In this document: positions 1 through 13,000 of the stretch, in pieces | Position numbering within the stretch: position 1 is the first letter of the stretch | Layout: every line of letters begins with the position of its first letter | Assembly (NCBI GenBank): GCA_040954595.2 | Contig: CM082580.2 | Location: 11,732,909 to 11,796,908, forward strand | Length of the DNA: 64,000 bases | Source of the DNA: Balanoglossus misakiensis | Lineage: Eukaryota; Animalia; Hemichordata | Direction: 5' to 3' | Notes under the pieces: generated by a model | The model's input: the letters and a program-made list of their open reading frames with translations, nothing else | The model's database searches: none | What the model was told of the DNA's origin: nothing | Program-made: the position numbers and the translations under genes

Positions 1-981
1 AAGATGGAGGGTCACATAGACTAAATGTGACGTCAAATACAACTTTTAATTTCTTTTAACAGAATAAATTCGAACCGATTCGTCTGAATGTTCCCCACAT
101 TAGTCCAAAGAATCCTGCAAAACAAATGAAAAGAAACCCCGTTGATTATTTGAAAGAAATCAGGAGGTTGCAGGTAGTAAGTGGGTAGATTGTCGGAGGC
201 TACATAAAAAAAGTTAATTTCATCATTTCACAAATCGCAGTGCTTTGCATCAATTACGCAAATTGACGGAGAGTAACAATCGTGAACGGAAAGACCAAGC
301 CCGTATTGATTGTGTACAAACTGCGCAAGTACGTCATGTTTTTCTTTGATGTGTATTAAGGACCCCCAGGTGTCCGACAAGTGATCGGTGCGAGGCATTG
401 TTGGCCGGAATATCTTGGCGCGCCCTCAACTTTGGTAGTTACATTTTCTGTGTGTTGAAAACACAAATGCTTGATAATACCAGTATATTGAAGACGTGAA
501 GCGAGGTGCAAAAAGTTGCATCGTTAAAGTTGAATACATACATGCAAATGACAAATAACAAATCGAAAGTTCAATCGACACATTTGACCGGACTTGACAA
601 AAATAAACATAGGCTTTGTTACTAAGTTAACTTGAAAATATAAACACCAGAATCGAACGCTTGAGGAAATAAATTTAGATTTCCTTGTCAGTAGCGTGTC
701 ATTAATATCATTATGGTAATTATTGATAATTGGCTTCGCGTTATTTCGCTCCGTGAATTGCAGTCATTTCCGCCTGTAATGCGGCAGTGGTTCCTTTTGT
801 GGTAGCGTTGTAGTGGTTGGGCGCAAGTGTAGAAAAACCCACGCATTTTGCGGATCGATCTTCTATAAAAACAGCGTTTTGCTTGCCATCAGAGAATCTA
901 TACTCAGGGTTTCGCCAAGAACCACCACACGTGCACCGTTCCTCACACTCTATAGCCGGGCTGCTGTATATCATAGGAGAC

Positions 982-1439
982 ATGGAGACTTCCAACGATC
1001 ATGAATTCCAGCACTGTTACCAGTTGGACGGGATCTCGCGTGGAGGGGGAAGAGGACGTGGGCGAGGAAAGAGTGTCGGAACGAGAGGAGCGGGCCGCGG
1101 TAGCAACTGTTATCGAGGCCGAGGGGTAAGTTTGCTTCCCCCTTAAAAGTCCTATAGCAGGATGTATGCTGCATTACTAGGAAGTAAAACAACTACCTTT
1201 GGCGACGTTGTCTGATGTTTATAGCATCCAGCCATTTTTTAAGTTTTTTACGAAACATTGACATATGCATATTTTCATGTTCCTTCTCTTTACAGCGTGG
1301 CGGTTCGCGTAGTCCGATTCTAAGCTGCGCCTACGAGTTTCAGTATCCTCTGAGTGACGATGAGACAGAAGCGAGCGTGCAGAACTACTCCGGAAGGCCA
1401 AGGTATTCATGCCCTTGAAATTTGAGAGAGGGGGAGGAG

Positions 1440-1502
<63 letters not shown>

Positions 1503-1641
1503 ATGTACATGTATGTGTATTGTAACAGAAATTATAACGATTGTGAAATTCATGTGTCATCTATCTGATACTTACTAGTATATCATTCTTCATTCGTCTG
1601 CCAGTCAATGCTCCGAACCTGTTGCTTTGTGTATAAAATAA
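982..1641 (+). CDS. Putative small 3-exon RG/RGG-rich protein (~95 aa), uncharacterised
   Basis: TATAAAA at 864-870. Exons 982-1125 (ATG...GGG|gtaagt), 1296-1402 (tctctttacag|...AG|gtattc) and 1605-1641 (tctgccag|...TAA, overlapping AATAAA) splice in frame: METSNDHEF...SRGGGRGRGRGKSVGTRGAGRGSNCYRGRG/RGGSRSPILSCAYEFQYPLSDDETEASVQNYSGRPS/QCSEPVALCIK. No recognisable domain. Confidence 0.4.
1443..1500. repeat. (GA)n microsatellite, ~29 units
   Basis: Perfect GA run seen directly; lies in the putative second intron of the RG-rich gene. Confidence 0.97.
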
Positions 1642-2736
1642 ATATCTCTATTACTAACGAGAAACCGCATTATAGTTCATACCATTGGCAACTTTTCCCG
1701 TTTCTGTCGATATTTAGGTTTCTTGGAATGGTGTAAGTCCAAAGCTGATGTCCCCGTACGAATGGCAGCGAAGTACATCTTGAACGACAACCATCTTGTA
1801 AATTTGTTTAGAGTAGTCAAGTCGATTGTAGCGGAACTATAGACACGTGGCTTTTGGTGAACATAACATAACAAAACAAAATTAATAATCCCATGTGGAT
1901 GACAAATGTGTTCATAAATCATAAATAGCCGCAATTAAAAAGTAATGTGTGTTAACGTAATGCGAACCTCAAAAATAAAAACCTTCCAGATTTTATCATC
2001 ATTTGCGCTGACAACATCACCTTTTCTTGTCAACCCCGGGATAGAAGAGAAAAATGTATCTCAGTTTTTCAAAATGAATATTAAGGTTTACTCTGTTAAA
2101 TATTTGTATTGATCTATTGTTGAATTTGATGTGTGTCCCTCGAAAAAAGGTAAATTGTGTACTGTTTGTTTAATTTCTTTGCAACATCATGATAGCATTT
2201 AAACTCCATTTTTTTAGTTTTGTGATTTTTTGTCAGAACTTTACACTGCAATATTAATCGGATAAAGGTGTTGAAGATATCTGTACTCCTGAAAAGAAAG
2301 ACTGTATTAATTCGATTAATTTTGAGATCTTGAAAGTGTATTTCTTTGAAATTGAAATGTGATTTTTGTAATCCATTTTGTGACCATACACTAAATTTTG
2401 GAAACCAAAATGTCCAGTGATGTGTTCTGCCTGAAAGCAGCGGCCAGACATGTTCGCAAAAATCATCTTTCAGTAAAAACAAAGATTTCAGCTACTGTAT
2501 AATCAACTCTAGTCATGTAAACATTTCATCGAGGGCAATCTGGATTTGTTGTTCCTAAGTATCGACAGCACTTTTTCTGGGTTAATTCAAAACACGTACG
2601 TCAACAATGATCAACCACTATAATGTTACTTATGAGGTATTTCAGTAAAATGTAGTGATTTTAAACTGTATATCGTATAAAGAACAAGCATCTGCAAAAG
2701 TATACTCGTGTTTTTGTGTTTTTTTCGTCATTTTTC

Positions 2737-3932
2737 ATGGGTTATAGCTCAAAAATGACAAGTACTCGACTTTCGGAATTTTTGTGATTTTGTCACTTTT
2801 GGACGTTTTTCATGGGTTATAGCTCATGAAAAGTGTCAAAAATGACAAGTTCTCGACTTTCGGAATTTTTGTGATTTTGTCACTTCTGGACGTTTTTCAT
2901 GGGTTATAGCTCATGAAAAGTGTCAAAAATGACAAGTTCTCGACTTTCGGAATTTTTGTGATTTTGTCACTTCTGGACGTTTTTCATGGGTTATAGCTCA
3001 TGAAAAGTGTTAAAAATGACAAGTTCTCGACTTTCGGAATTTTTGTGATTTTGTCACTTCTGGACGTTTTTCATGGGTTATAGCTCATGAAAAGTGCCAA
3101 AATGACAAGTTCTCGACTTTCGGAATTTTGGTGATTTTGTCACTTCTGGACGTTTTTCATGGGTTATAGCTCATGAAATTGTCAAAAATGACAAGTTCTC
3201 GACTTTCGGTATTTTTGTGATTTTGTCACTTCTGGACGTTTTTCATGGGTTATAGCTCATGAAAAGTGTCAAAAATGACAAGTTCTCGACTTTCGGAATT
3301 TTTGTGATTTTGTCACTTCTGGACGTTTTTCATGGGTTATAGCTCATGAAAAGTGTTAAAAATGACAAGTTCTCGACTTTCGGAATTTTTGTGATTTTGT
3401 CACTTCTGGACGTTTTTCATGGGTTATAGCTCATGAAAAGTGCCAAAATGACAAGTTCTCGACTTTCGGAATTTTGGTGATTTTGTCACTTCTGGACGTT
3501 TTTCATGGGTTATAGCTCATGAAATTGTCAAAAATGACAAGTTCTCGACTTTCGGAATTTTGGTGATTTTGTCACTTCTGGACGTTTTTCATGGGTTATA
3601 GCTCATGAAATTGTCAAAAATGACAAGTTCTCGAATTTCGGAATTTTTGTGATTTTGTCACTTCTGGACGTTTTTCATGGGTTATAGCTCATGAAATTGT
3701 CAAAAATGACAAGTTCTCGACTTTCGGAAATTTGGTGATTTTATCACTTCTAGGTGTTTTTCATGGGTTATAGCTCATGAAAATGTCAAAAATGACAAGT
3801 TCTCGACTTTCGGAATTTTGGTGATTTTGTCACTTCTGCGCGTTTTTCATGGGTTATAGATCATGAAAAGTGTCAAAAATGACAAGTTCTCGACTTTCGG
3901 AATTTTTGTGTGTTGTCACTTCTGGAGGTTTT
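2737..3932 (+). repeat. Left outer satellite layer, family A (~14 monomers)
   Basis: Unit catgggttatagctcatgaaaagtgtcaaaaatgacaagttctcgactttcggaatttttgtgattttgtcacttctggacgttttt; period 87 (e.g. 2811 to 2898). Confidence 0.95.
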
Positions 3933-4020
3933 TCATGGGTTATAGCTCATGAAAATCATCAAAAAATGACAAATTTTCGACTTTGCCAAATCTGAAAATT
4001 TCGTCGATTTTTGAAAAAAT

Positions 4021-7000
4021 CATGGGTTATAGCTCATGAAAATCATCAAAGAATGACAATTTTTCGACTTTGCGGAAAATCAAAATTTGGCCGATTTTTG
4101 AAAAAAACCATGGGTTATAGCTCAGGAAATCATCAAAAAATGACAATTTTTCGACTTTGCGGAAAATCAAAATTTGGCCGATTTTTGAAAAAAACCATGG
4201 GTTATAGCTCAGGAAATCATCAAAAAATGACAATTTTTCGACTTTGCGGAAAATCAAAATTTGGCCGATTTTTGAAAAAAACCATGGGTTATAGCTCAGG
4301 AAATCATCAAAAAATGACAATTTTTCGACTTTGCGGAAAATCAAAATTTGGCCGATTTTTGAAAAAAAACATGGGTTACAGCTCAGGAAATCATCAGAAA
4401 ATGACAATTTTTCGACTTTGCGGAAAATCAAAATTTGGCCGATTTTTGAAAAAAACCATGGGTTATAGCTCAGGAAATCATCAGAAAATGACAATTTTTC
4501 GACTTTGCGGAAAATCAAAATTTGGCCGATTTTTGAAAAAAACCATGGGTTATAGCTCAGGAAATCATCAAAAAATGACAATTTTTCGACTTTGCGGAAA
4601 ATCAAAATTTGGCCGATTTTTGAAAAAAACCATGGGTTATAGCTCAGGAAATCATCAAAAAATGACAATTTTTCGACTTTGCGGAAAATCAAAATTTGGC
4701 CGATTTTTGAAAAAAACATGGGTTATAGCTCAGGAAATCATCAAAAAATGACAATTTTTCGACTTTGCGGAAAATCAAAATTTGGCCAATTTTTGTAAAA
4801 AAACATGGGTTATAGCTCAGGAAATCATCAAAAAATGACAATTTTTCGACTTTGCGGAAAATCAAAATTTGGCCAATTTTTGAAAAAAACCATGGGTTAT
4901 AGCTCAGGAAATCATCAAAAAATGACAATTTTTCGACTTTGCGGAAAATCAAAATTTGGCCGATTTTTGAAAAAAACCATGGGTTATAGCTCAGGAAATC
5001 ATCAAAAAATGACAATTTTTCGACTTTGCGGAAAATCAAAATTTGGCCGATTTTTGAAAAAAACCATGGGTTATAGCTCAGGAAATCATCAAAAAATGAC
5101 AATTTTTCGACTTTGCGGAAAATCAAAATTTGGCCGATTTTTGAAAAAAACCATGGGTTATAGCTCAGGAAATCATCAAAAAATGACAATTTTTCGACTT
5201 TGCGGAAAATCAAAATTTGGCCGATTTTTGAAAAAAACCATGGGTTATAGCTCAGGAAATCATCAAAAAATGACAATTTTTCGACTTTGCGGAAAATCAA
5301 AATTTGGCCGATTTTTTGAAAAAAACCATGGGTTATAGCTCAGGAAATCATCAAAAAATGACAATTTTTCGACTTTGCGGAAAATCAAAATTTGGCCGAT
5401 TTTTGAAAAAAACCATGGGTTATAGCTCAGGAAATCATCAAAAAATGACAATTTTTCGACTTTGCGGAAAATCAAAATTTGGCCGATTTTTGAAAAAAAA
5501 CCATGGGTTATAGCTCAGGAAATCATCAAAAAATGACAATTTTTCGACTTTGCGGAAAATCAAAATTTGGCCGATTTTTGAAAAAAACCATGGGTTATAG
5601 CTCAGGAAATCATCAAAAAATGACAATTTTTCGACTTTGCGGAAAATCAAAATTTGGCCGATTTTTGAAAAAAACCATGGGTTATAGCTCAGGAAATCAT
5701 CAAAAAATGACAATTTTTCGACTTTGCGGAAAATCAAAATTTGGCCGATTTTTGAAAAAAACCATGGGTTATAGCTCAGGAAATCATCAAAAAATGACAA
5801 TTTTTCGACTTTGCGGAAAATCAAAATTTGGCCGATTTTTGAAAAAAACCATGGGTTATAGCTCAGGAAATCATCAAAAAATGACAATTTTTCGACTTTG
5901 CGGAAAATCAAAATTTGGCCGATTTTTGAAAAAAACCATGGTTTATAGCTCAGGAAATCATCAAAAAATGACAATTTTTCGACTTTGCGGAAAATCAAAA
6001 TTTGGCCGATTTTTGAAAAAAACCATGGGTTATAGCTCAGGAAATCATCAAAAAATGACAATTTTTCGACTTTGCGGAAAATCAAAATTTGGCCGATTTT
6101 TGAAAAAAACCATGGGTTATAGCTCAGGAAATCATAAAAAAATGACAATTTTTCGACTCTGCGGAAAATCAAAATTTGGCCAATTTTTGAAAAAAACCAT
6201 GGGTTATAGCTCAGGAAATCATCAAAAAATGACAATTTTTCGACTTTGCGGAAAATCAAAATTTGGCCGATTTTTGAAAAAAACCATGGGTTATTATAGC
6301 TCAGGAAATCATCAAAAAATGACAATTTTTCGACTTTGCGGAAAATCAAAATTTGGCCGATTTTTGAAAAAAACCATGGGTTATAGCTCAGGAAATCATC
6401 AAAAAATGACAATTTTTCGACTTTGCGGAAAATCAAAATTTGGCCGATTTTTGAAAATAACCATGGGTTATAGCTCAGGAAATCATCAAAAAATGACAAT
6501 TTTTCGACTTAGCGGAAAATCAAAATTTGGCCGATTTTTGAAAAAAACCATGGGTTATAGCTCAGGAAATCATCAAAAAATGACAATTTTTCGACTTTGC
6601 GGAAAATCAAAATTTGGCCGATTTTTGAAAAAAACCATGGGTTATAGCTCAGGAAATCATCAAAAAATGACAATTTTTCGACTTTGCGGAAAATCAAAAT
6701 TTGGCCGATTTTTGAAAAAAACCATGGGTTATAGCTCAGGAAATCATCAAAAAATGACAATTTTTCGACTTTGCGGAAAATCAAAATTTGGCCGATTTTT
6801 GAAAAAAACCATGGGTTATAGCTCAGGAAATCATCAAAAAATGACAATTTTTCGACTTTGCGGAAAATCAAAATTTGGCCGATTTTTTGAAAAAAACCAT
6901 GGGTTATAGCTCAGGAAATCATCAAAAAATGACAATTTTTCGACTTTGCGGAAAATCAAAATTTGGCCGATTTTTGAAAAAAACCATGGGTTATAGCTCA

Positions 7001-10000
7001 GGAAATCATCAAAAAATGACAATTTTTCGACTTTGCGGAAAATCAAAATTTGGCCGATTTTTGAAAAAAACCATGGGTTATAGCTCAGGAAATCATCAAA
7101 AAATGACAATTTTTCGACTTTGCGGAAAATCAAAATTTGGCCGATTTTTGAAAAAAACCATGGGTTATAGCTCAGGAAATCATCAAAAAATGACAATTTT
7201 TCGACTTTGCGGAAAATCAAAATTTGGCCGATTTTTGAAAAAAACCATGGGTTATAGCTCAGGAAATCATCAAAAAATGACAATTTTTCGACTTTGCGGA
7301 AAATCAAAATTTGGCCGATTTTTTGAAAAAAACCATGGGTTATAGCTCAGGAAATCATCAAAAAATGACAATTTTTCGACTTTGCGGAAAATCAAAATTT
7401 GGCCGATTTTTGAAAAAAACCATGGGTTATAGCTCAGGAAATCATCAAAAAATGACAATTTTTCGACTTTGCGGAAAATCAAAATTTGGCCGATTTTTGA
7501 AAAAAACCATGGGTTATAGCTCAGGAAATCATCAAATAATGACAATTTTTCGACTTTGCGGAAAATCAAAATTTGGCCGATTTTTGAAAAAAACCATGGG
7601 TTATAGCTCAGGAAATCATAAAAAAATGACAATTTTTCGACTTTGCGGAAAATCAAAATTTGGCCAATTTTTGAAAAAAACCATGGGTTATAGCTCAGGA
7701 AATCATCAAAAAATGACAATTTTTCGACTTTGCGGAAAATCAAAATTTGGCCGATTTTTGAAAAAAACCATGGGTTATAGCTCAGGAAATCATCAAAAAA
7801 TGACAATTTTTCGACTTTGCGGAAAATCAAAATTTGGCCGATTTTTGAAAAAAACCATGGGTTATAGCTCAGGAAATCATCAAAAAATGACAATTTTTCG
7901 ACTTTGCGGAAAATCAAAATTTGGCCGATTTTTGAAAAAAACCATGGGTTATAGCTCAGGAAATCATCAAAAAATGACAATTTTTCGACTTTGCGGAAAA
8001 TCAAAATTTGGCCGATTTTTGAAAAAAACCATGGGTTATAGCTCAGGAAATCATCAAAAAATGACAATTTTTCGACTTTGCGGAAAATCAAAATTTGGCC
8101 GATTTTTGAAAAAAACCATGGGTTATAGCTCAGGAAATCATCAAAAAATGACAATTTTTCGACTTTGCGGAAAATCAAAATTTGGCCGATTTTTGAAAAA
8201 AACCATGGGTTATAGCTCAGGAAATCATCAAAAAATGACAATTTTTCGACTTTGCGGAAAATCAAAATTTGGCCGATTTTTGAAAAAAACCATGGGTTAT
8301 AGCTCAGGAAATCATCAAAAAATTACAATTTTTCGACTTTGCGGAAAATCAAAATTTGGCCGATTTTTGAAAAAAACCATGGGTTATAGCTCAGGAAATC
8401 ATCAAAAAATGACAATTTTTCGACTTTGCGGAAAATCAAAATTTGGCCGATTTTTGAAAAAAACCATGGGTTATAGCTCAGGAAATCATCAAAAAATGAC
8501 AATTTTTCGACTTTGCGGAAAATCAAAATTTGGCCGATTTTTGAAAAAAACCATGGGTTATAGCTCAGGAAATCATCAAAAAATGACAATTTTTCGACTT
8601 TGCGGAAAATCAAAATTTGGCCGATTTTTGAAAAAAAACATGGGTTATAGCTCAGGAAATCATCAAAAAATTAAAATTTTTCGACTTTGCGGAAAATCAA
8701 AATTTGGCCGATTTTTGAAAAAAACCATGGGTTATAGCTCAGGAAATCATCAAAAAATGACAATTTTTCGACTTTGCGGAAAATCAAAATTTGGCCGATT
8801 TTTGAAAAAAACCATGGGTTACAGCTCAGGAAATCATCAAAAAATGACAATTTTTCGACTTTGCGGAAAATCAAAATTTGGCCGATTTTTGAAAAAAAAC
8901 ATGGGTTACAGCTCAGGAAATCATCAAAAAATGACAATTTTTCGACTTTGCGGAAAATCAAAATTTGGCCGATTTTTGAAAAAAACCATGGGTTATAGCT
9001 CAGGAAATCATCAAAAAATGACAATTTTTCGACTTTGCGGAAAATCAAAATTTGGCCGATTTTTGAAAAAAACCATGGGTTATAGCTCAGGAAATCATCA
9101 AAAAATGACAATTTTTCGACTTTGCGGAAAATCAAAATTTGGCCGATTTTTGAAAAAAACCATGGGTTATAGCTCAGGAAATCATCAAAAAATGACAATT
9201 TTTCGACTTTGCGGAAAATCAAAATTTGGCCGATTTTTGAAAAAAACCATGGGTTATAGCTCAGGAAATCATCAAAAAATGACAATTTTTCGACTTTGCG
9301 GAAAATCAAAATTTGGCCGATTTTTGAAAAAAACCATGGGTTATAGCTCAGGAAATCATCAAAAAATGACAATTTTTCGACTTTGCGGAAAATCAAAATT
9401 TGGCCGATTTTTGAAAAAAACCATGGGTTATAGCTCAGGAAATCATCAAAAAATGACAATTTTTCGACTTTGCGGAAAATCAAAATTTGGCCGATTTTTG
9501 AAAAAAACCATGGGTTATAGCTCAGGAAATCATCAAAAAATGACAATTTTTCGACTTTGCGGAAAATCAAAATTTGGCCAATTTTTGAAAAAAAACATGG
9601 GTTATAGCTCAGGAAATCATCAAAAAATGACAATTTTTCGACTTTGCGGAAAATCAAAATTTGGCCGATTTTTGAAAAAAACCATGGGTTATAGCTCAGG
9701 AAATCATCAAAAAATGACAATTTTTCGACTTTGCGGAAAATCAAAATTTGGCCGATTTTTGAAAAAAACCATGGGTTATAGCTCAGGAAATCATCAAAAA
9801 ATGACAATTTTTCGACTTTGCGGAAAATCAAAATTTGGCCGATTTTTGAAAAAAACCATGGGTTATAGCTCAGGAAATCATCAAAAAATGACAATTTTTC
9901 GACTTTGCGGAAAATCAAAATTTGGCCGATTTTTGAAAAAAACCATGGGTTATAGCTCAGGAAATCATCAAAAAATGACAATTTTTCGACTTTGCGGAAA

Positions 10001-13000
10001 ATCAAAATTTGGCCGATTTTTGAAAAAAACCATGGGTTATAGCTCAGGAAATCATCAAAAAATGACAATTTTTCGACTTTGCGGAAAATCAAAATTTGGC
10101 CGATTTTTGAAAAAAACCATGGGTTATAGCTCAGGAAATCATCAAAAAATGACAATTTTTCGACTTTGCGGAAAATCAAAATTTGGCCGATTTTTGAAAA
10201 AAACCATGGGTTATAGCTCAGGAAATCATCAAAAAATGACAATTTTTCGACTTTGCGGAAAATCAAAATTTGGCCGATTTTTGAAAAAAACCATGGGTTA
10301 TAGCTCAGGAAATCATCAAAAAATGACAATTTTTCGACTTTGCGGAAAATCAAAATTTGGCCGATTTTTGAAAAAAACCATGGGTTATAGCTCAGGAAAT
10401 CATCAAAAAATGACAATTTTTCGACTTTGCGGAAAATCAAAATTTGGCCGATTTTTGAAAAAAACCATGGGTTATAGCTCAGGAAATCATCAAAAAATGA
10501 CAATTTTTCGACTTTGCGGAAAATCAAAATTTGGCCGATTTTTTGAAAAAAACCATGGGTTATAGCTCAGGAAATCATCAAAAAATGACAATTTTTCGAC
10601 TTTGCGGAAAATCAAAATTTGGCCGATTTTTGAAAAAAACCATGGGTTATAGCTCAGGAAATCATCAAAAAATGACAATTTTTCGACTTTGCGGAAAATC
10701 AAAATTTGGCCGATTTTTGAAAAAAACCATGGGTTATAGCTCAGGAAATCATCAAAAAATGACAATTTTTCGACTTTGCGGAAAATCAAAATTTGGCCGA
10801 TTTTTGAAAAAAACCATGGGTTATAGCTCAGGAAATCATCAAAAAATGACAATTTTTCGACTTTGCGGAAAATCAAAATTTGGCCGATTTTTGAAAAAAA
10901 CCATGGGTTATAGCTCAGGAAATCATCAAAAAATGACAATTTTTCGACTTTGCGGAAAATCAAAATTTGGCCGATTTTTGAAAAAAACCATGGGTTATAG
11001 CTCAGGAAATCATCAAAAAATGACAATTTTTCGACTTTGCGGAAAATCAAAATTTGGCCGATTTTTGAAAAAAACCATGGGTTATAGCTCAGGAAATCAT
11101 CAAAAAATGACAATTTTTCGACTTTGCGGAAAATCAAAATTTGGCCGATTTTTGAAAAAAACCATGGGTTATAGCTCAGGAAATCATCAAAAAATGACAA
11201 TTTTTCGACTTTGCGGAAAATCAAAATTTGGCCGATTTTTGAAAAAAACCATGGGTTATAGCTCAGGAAATCATCAAAAAATTACAATTTTTCGACTTTG
11301 CGGAAAATCAAAATTTGGCCGATTTTTGAAAAAAACCATGGGTTATAGCTCAGGAAATCATCAAAAAATGACAATTTTTCGACTTTGCGGAAAATCAAAA
11401 TTTGGCCGATTTTTGAAAAAAACCATGGGTTATAGCTCAGGAAATCATCAAAAAATGACAATTTTTCGACTTTGCGGAAAATCAAAATTTGGCCGATTTT
11501 TGAAAAAAATCATGGGTTATAGCTCAGGAAATCATCAAAAAATGACAATTTTTCGACTTTGCGGAAAATCAAAATTTGGTCGATTTTTGAAAAAAAAACA
11601 TGGGTTATAGCTCAGGAAATCATCAAAAAATGACAATTTTTCGACTTTGCGGAAAATCAAAATTTGGCCGATTTTTGAAAAAAACCATGGGTTATAGCTC
11701 AGGAAATCATCAAAAAATTACAATTTTTCGACTTTGCGGAAAATCAAAATTTGGCCGATTTTTGAAAAAAACCATGGGTTATAGCTCAGGAAATCATCAA
11801 AAAATGACAATTTTTCGACTTTGCGGAAAATCAAAATTTGGCCGATTTTTGAAAAAAAACCATGGGTTATAGCTCAGGAAATCATCAAAAAATGACAATT
11901 TTTCGACTTTGCGGAAAATCAAAATTTGGCCGATTTTTGAAAAAAAACATGGGTTATAGCTCAGGAAATCATCAAAAAATGACAATTTTTCGACTTTGCG
12001 GAAAATCAAAATTTGGCCGATTTTTGAAAAAAACCATGGGTTATAGCTCAGGAAATCATCAAAAAATGACAATTTTTCGACTTTGCGGAAAATCAAAATT
12101 TGGCCGATTTTTGAAAAAAACCATGGGTTATAGCTCAGGAAATCATCAAAAAATGACAATTTTTCGACTTTGCGGAAAATCAAAATTTGGCCGATTTTTG
12201 AAAAAAACCATGGGTTATAGCTCAGGAAATCATCAAAAAATGACAATTTTTCGACTTTGCGGAAAATCAAAATTTGGCCGATTTTTGAAAAAAATCATGG
12301 GTTATAGCTCAGGAAATCATCAAAAAATGACAATTTTTCGACTTTGCGGAAAATCAAAATTTGGTCGATTTTTGAAAAAAAAACATGGGTTATAGCTCAG
12401 GAAATCATCAAAAAATGACAATTTTTCGACTTTGCGGAAAATCAAAATTTGGCCGATTTTTGAAAAAAACCATGGGTTATAGCTCAGGAAATCATCAAAA
12501 AATGACAATTTTTCGACTTTGCGGAAAATCAAAATTTGGCCGATTTTTGAAAAAAACCATGGGTTATAGCTCAGGAAATCATCAAAAAATGACAATTTTT
12601 CGACTTTGCGAAATCTGAAAATTTCGTCGATTTTTGAAAAAATCATGGGTTATAGCTCATGAAAATCATCAAAAAATGACAATTTTTCGACTTTGCGAAA
12701 TCTGAAAATTTCGTCGATTTTTGAAAAAATCATGGGTTATAGCTCATGAAAATCATTAAAAAATGACAATTTTTTTACTTTGCGGAAAATCAAAATTTGG
12801 CCGATTTTTGAAGAAAACCATGGGTTATAGCTCAGGAAATCATCAAAAAATGACAATTTTTCGACTTAGCGGAAAATCAAAATTTGGCCGATTTTTGAAA
12901 AAAACCATGGGTTATAGCTCAGGAAATCATCAAAAATTGACAATTTTTCGACTTTGCGGAAAATCAAAATTTGGCCGATTTTTGAAAAAAAAACATGGGT

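Noticed and set aside
2490-2545. CTAG as a Helitron 3' end for the satellite block
   Set aside because: Not followed by T on the relevant strand, and no GC-rich subterminal hairpin.
4060-4080. CENP-B box in the B monomer (TTCGACTTTGCGGA)
   Set aside because: Spacing is 6 rather than 7 nt between TTCG and CGG, and the conserved A and final G are missing.
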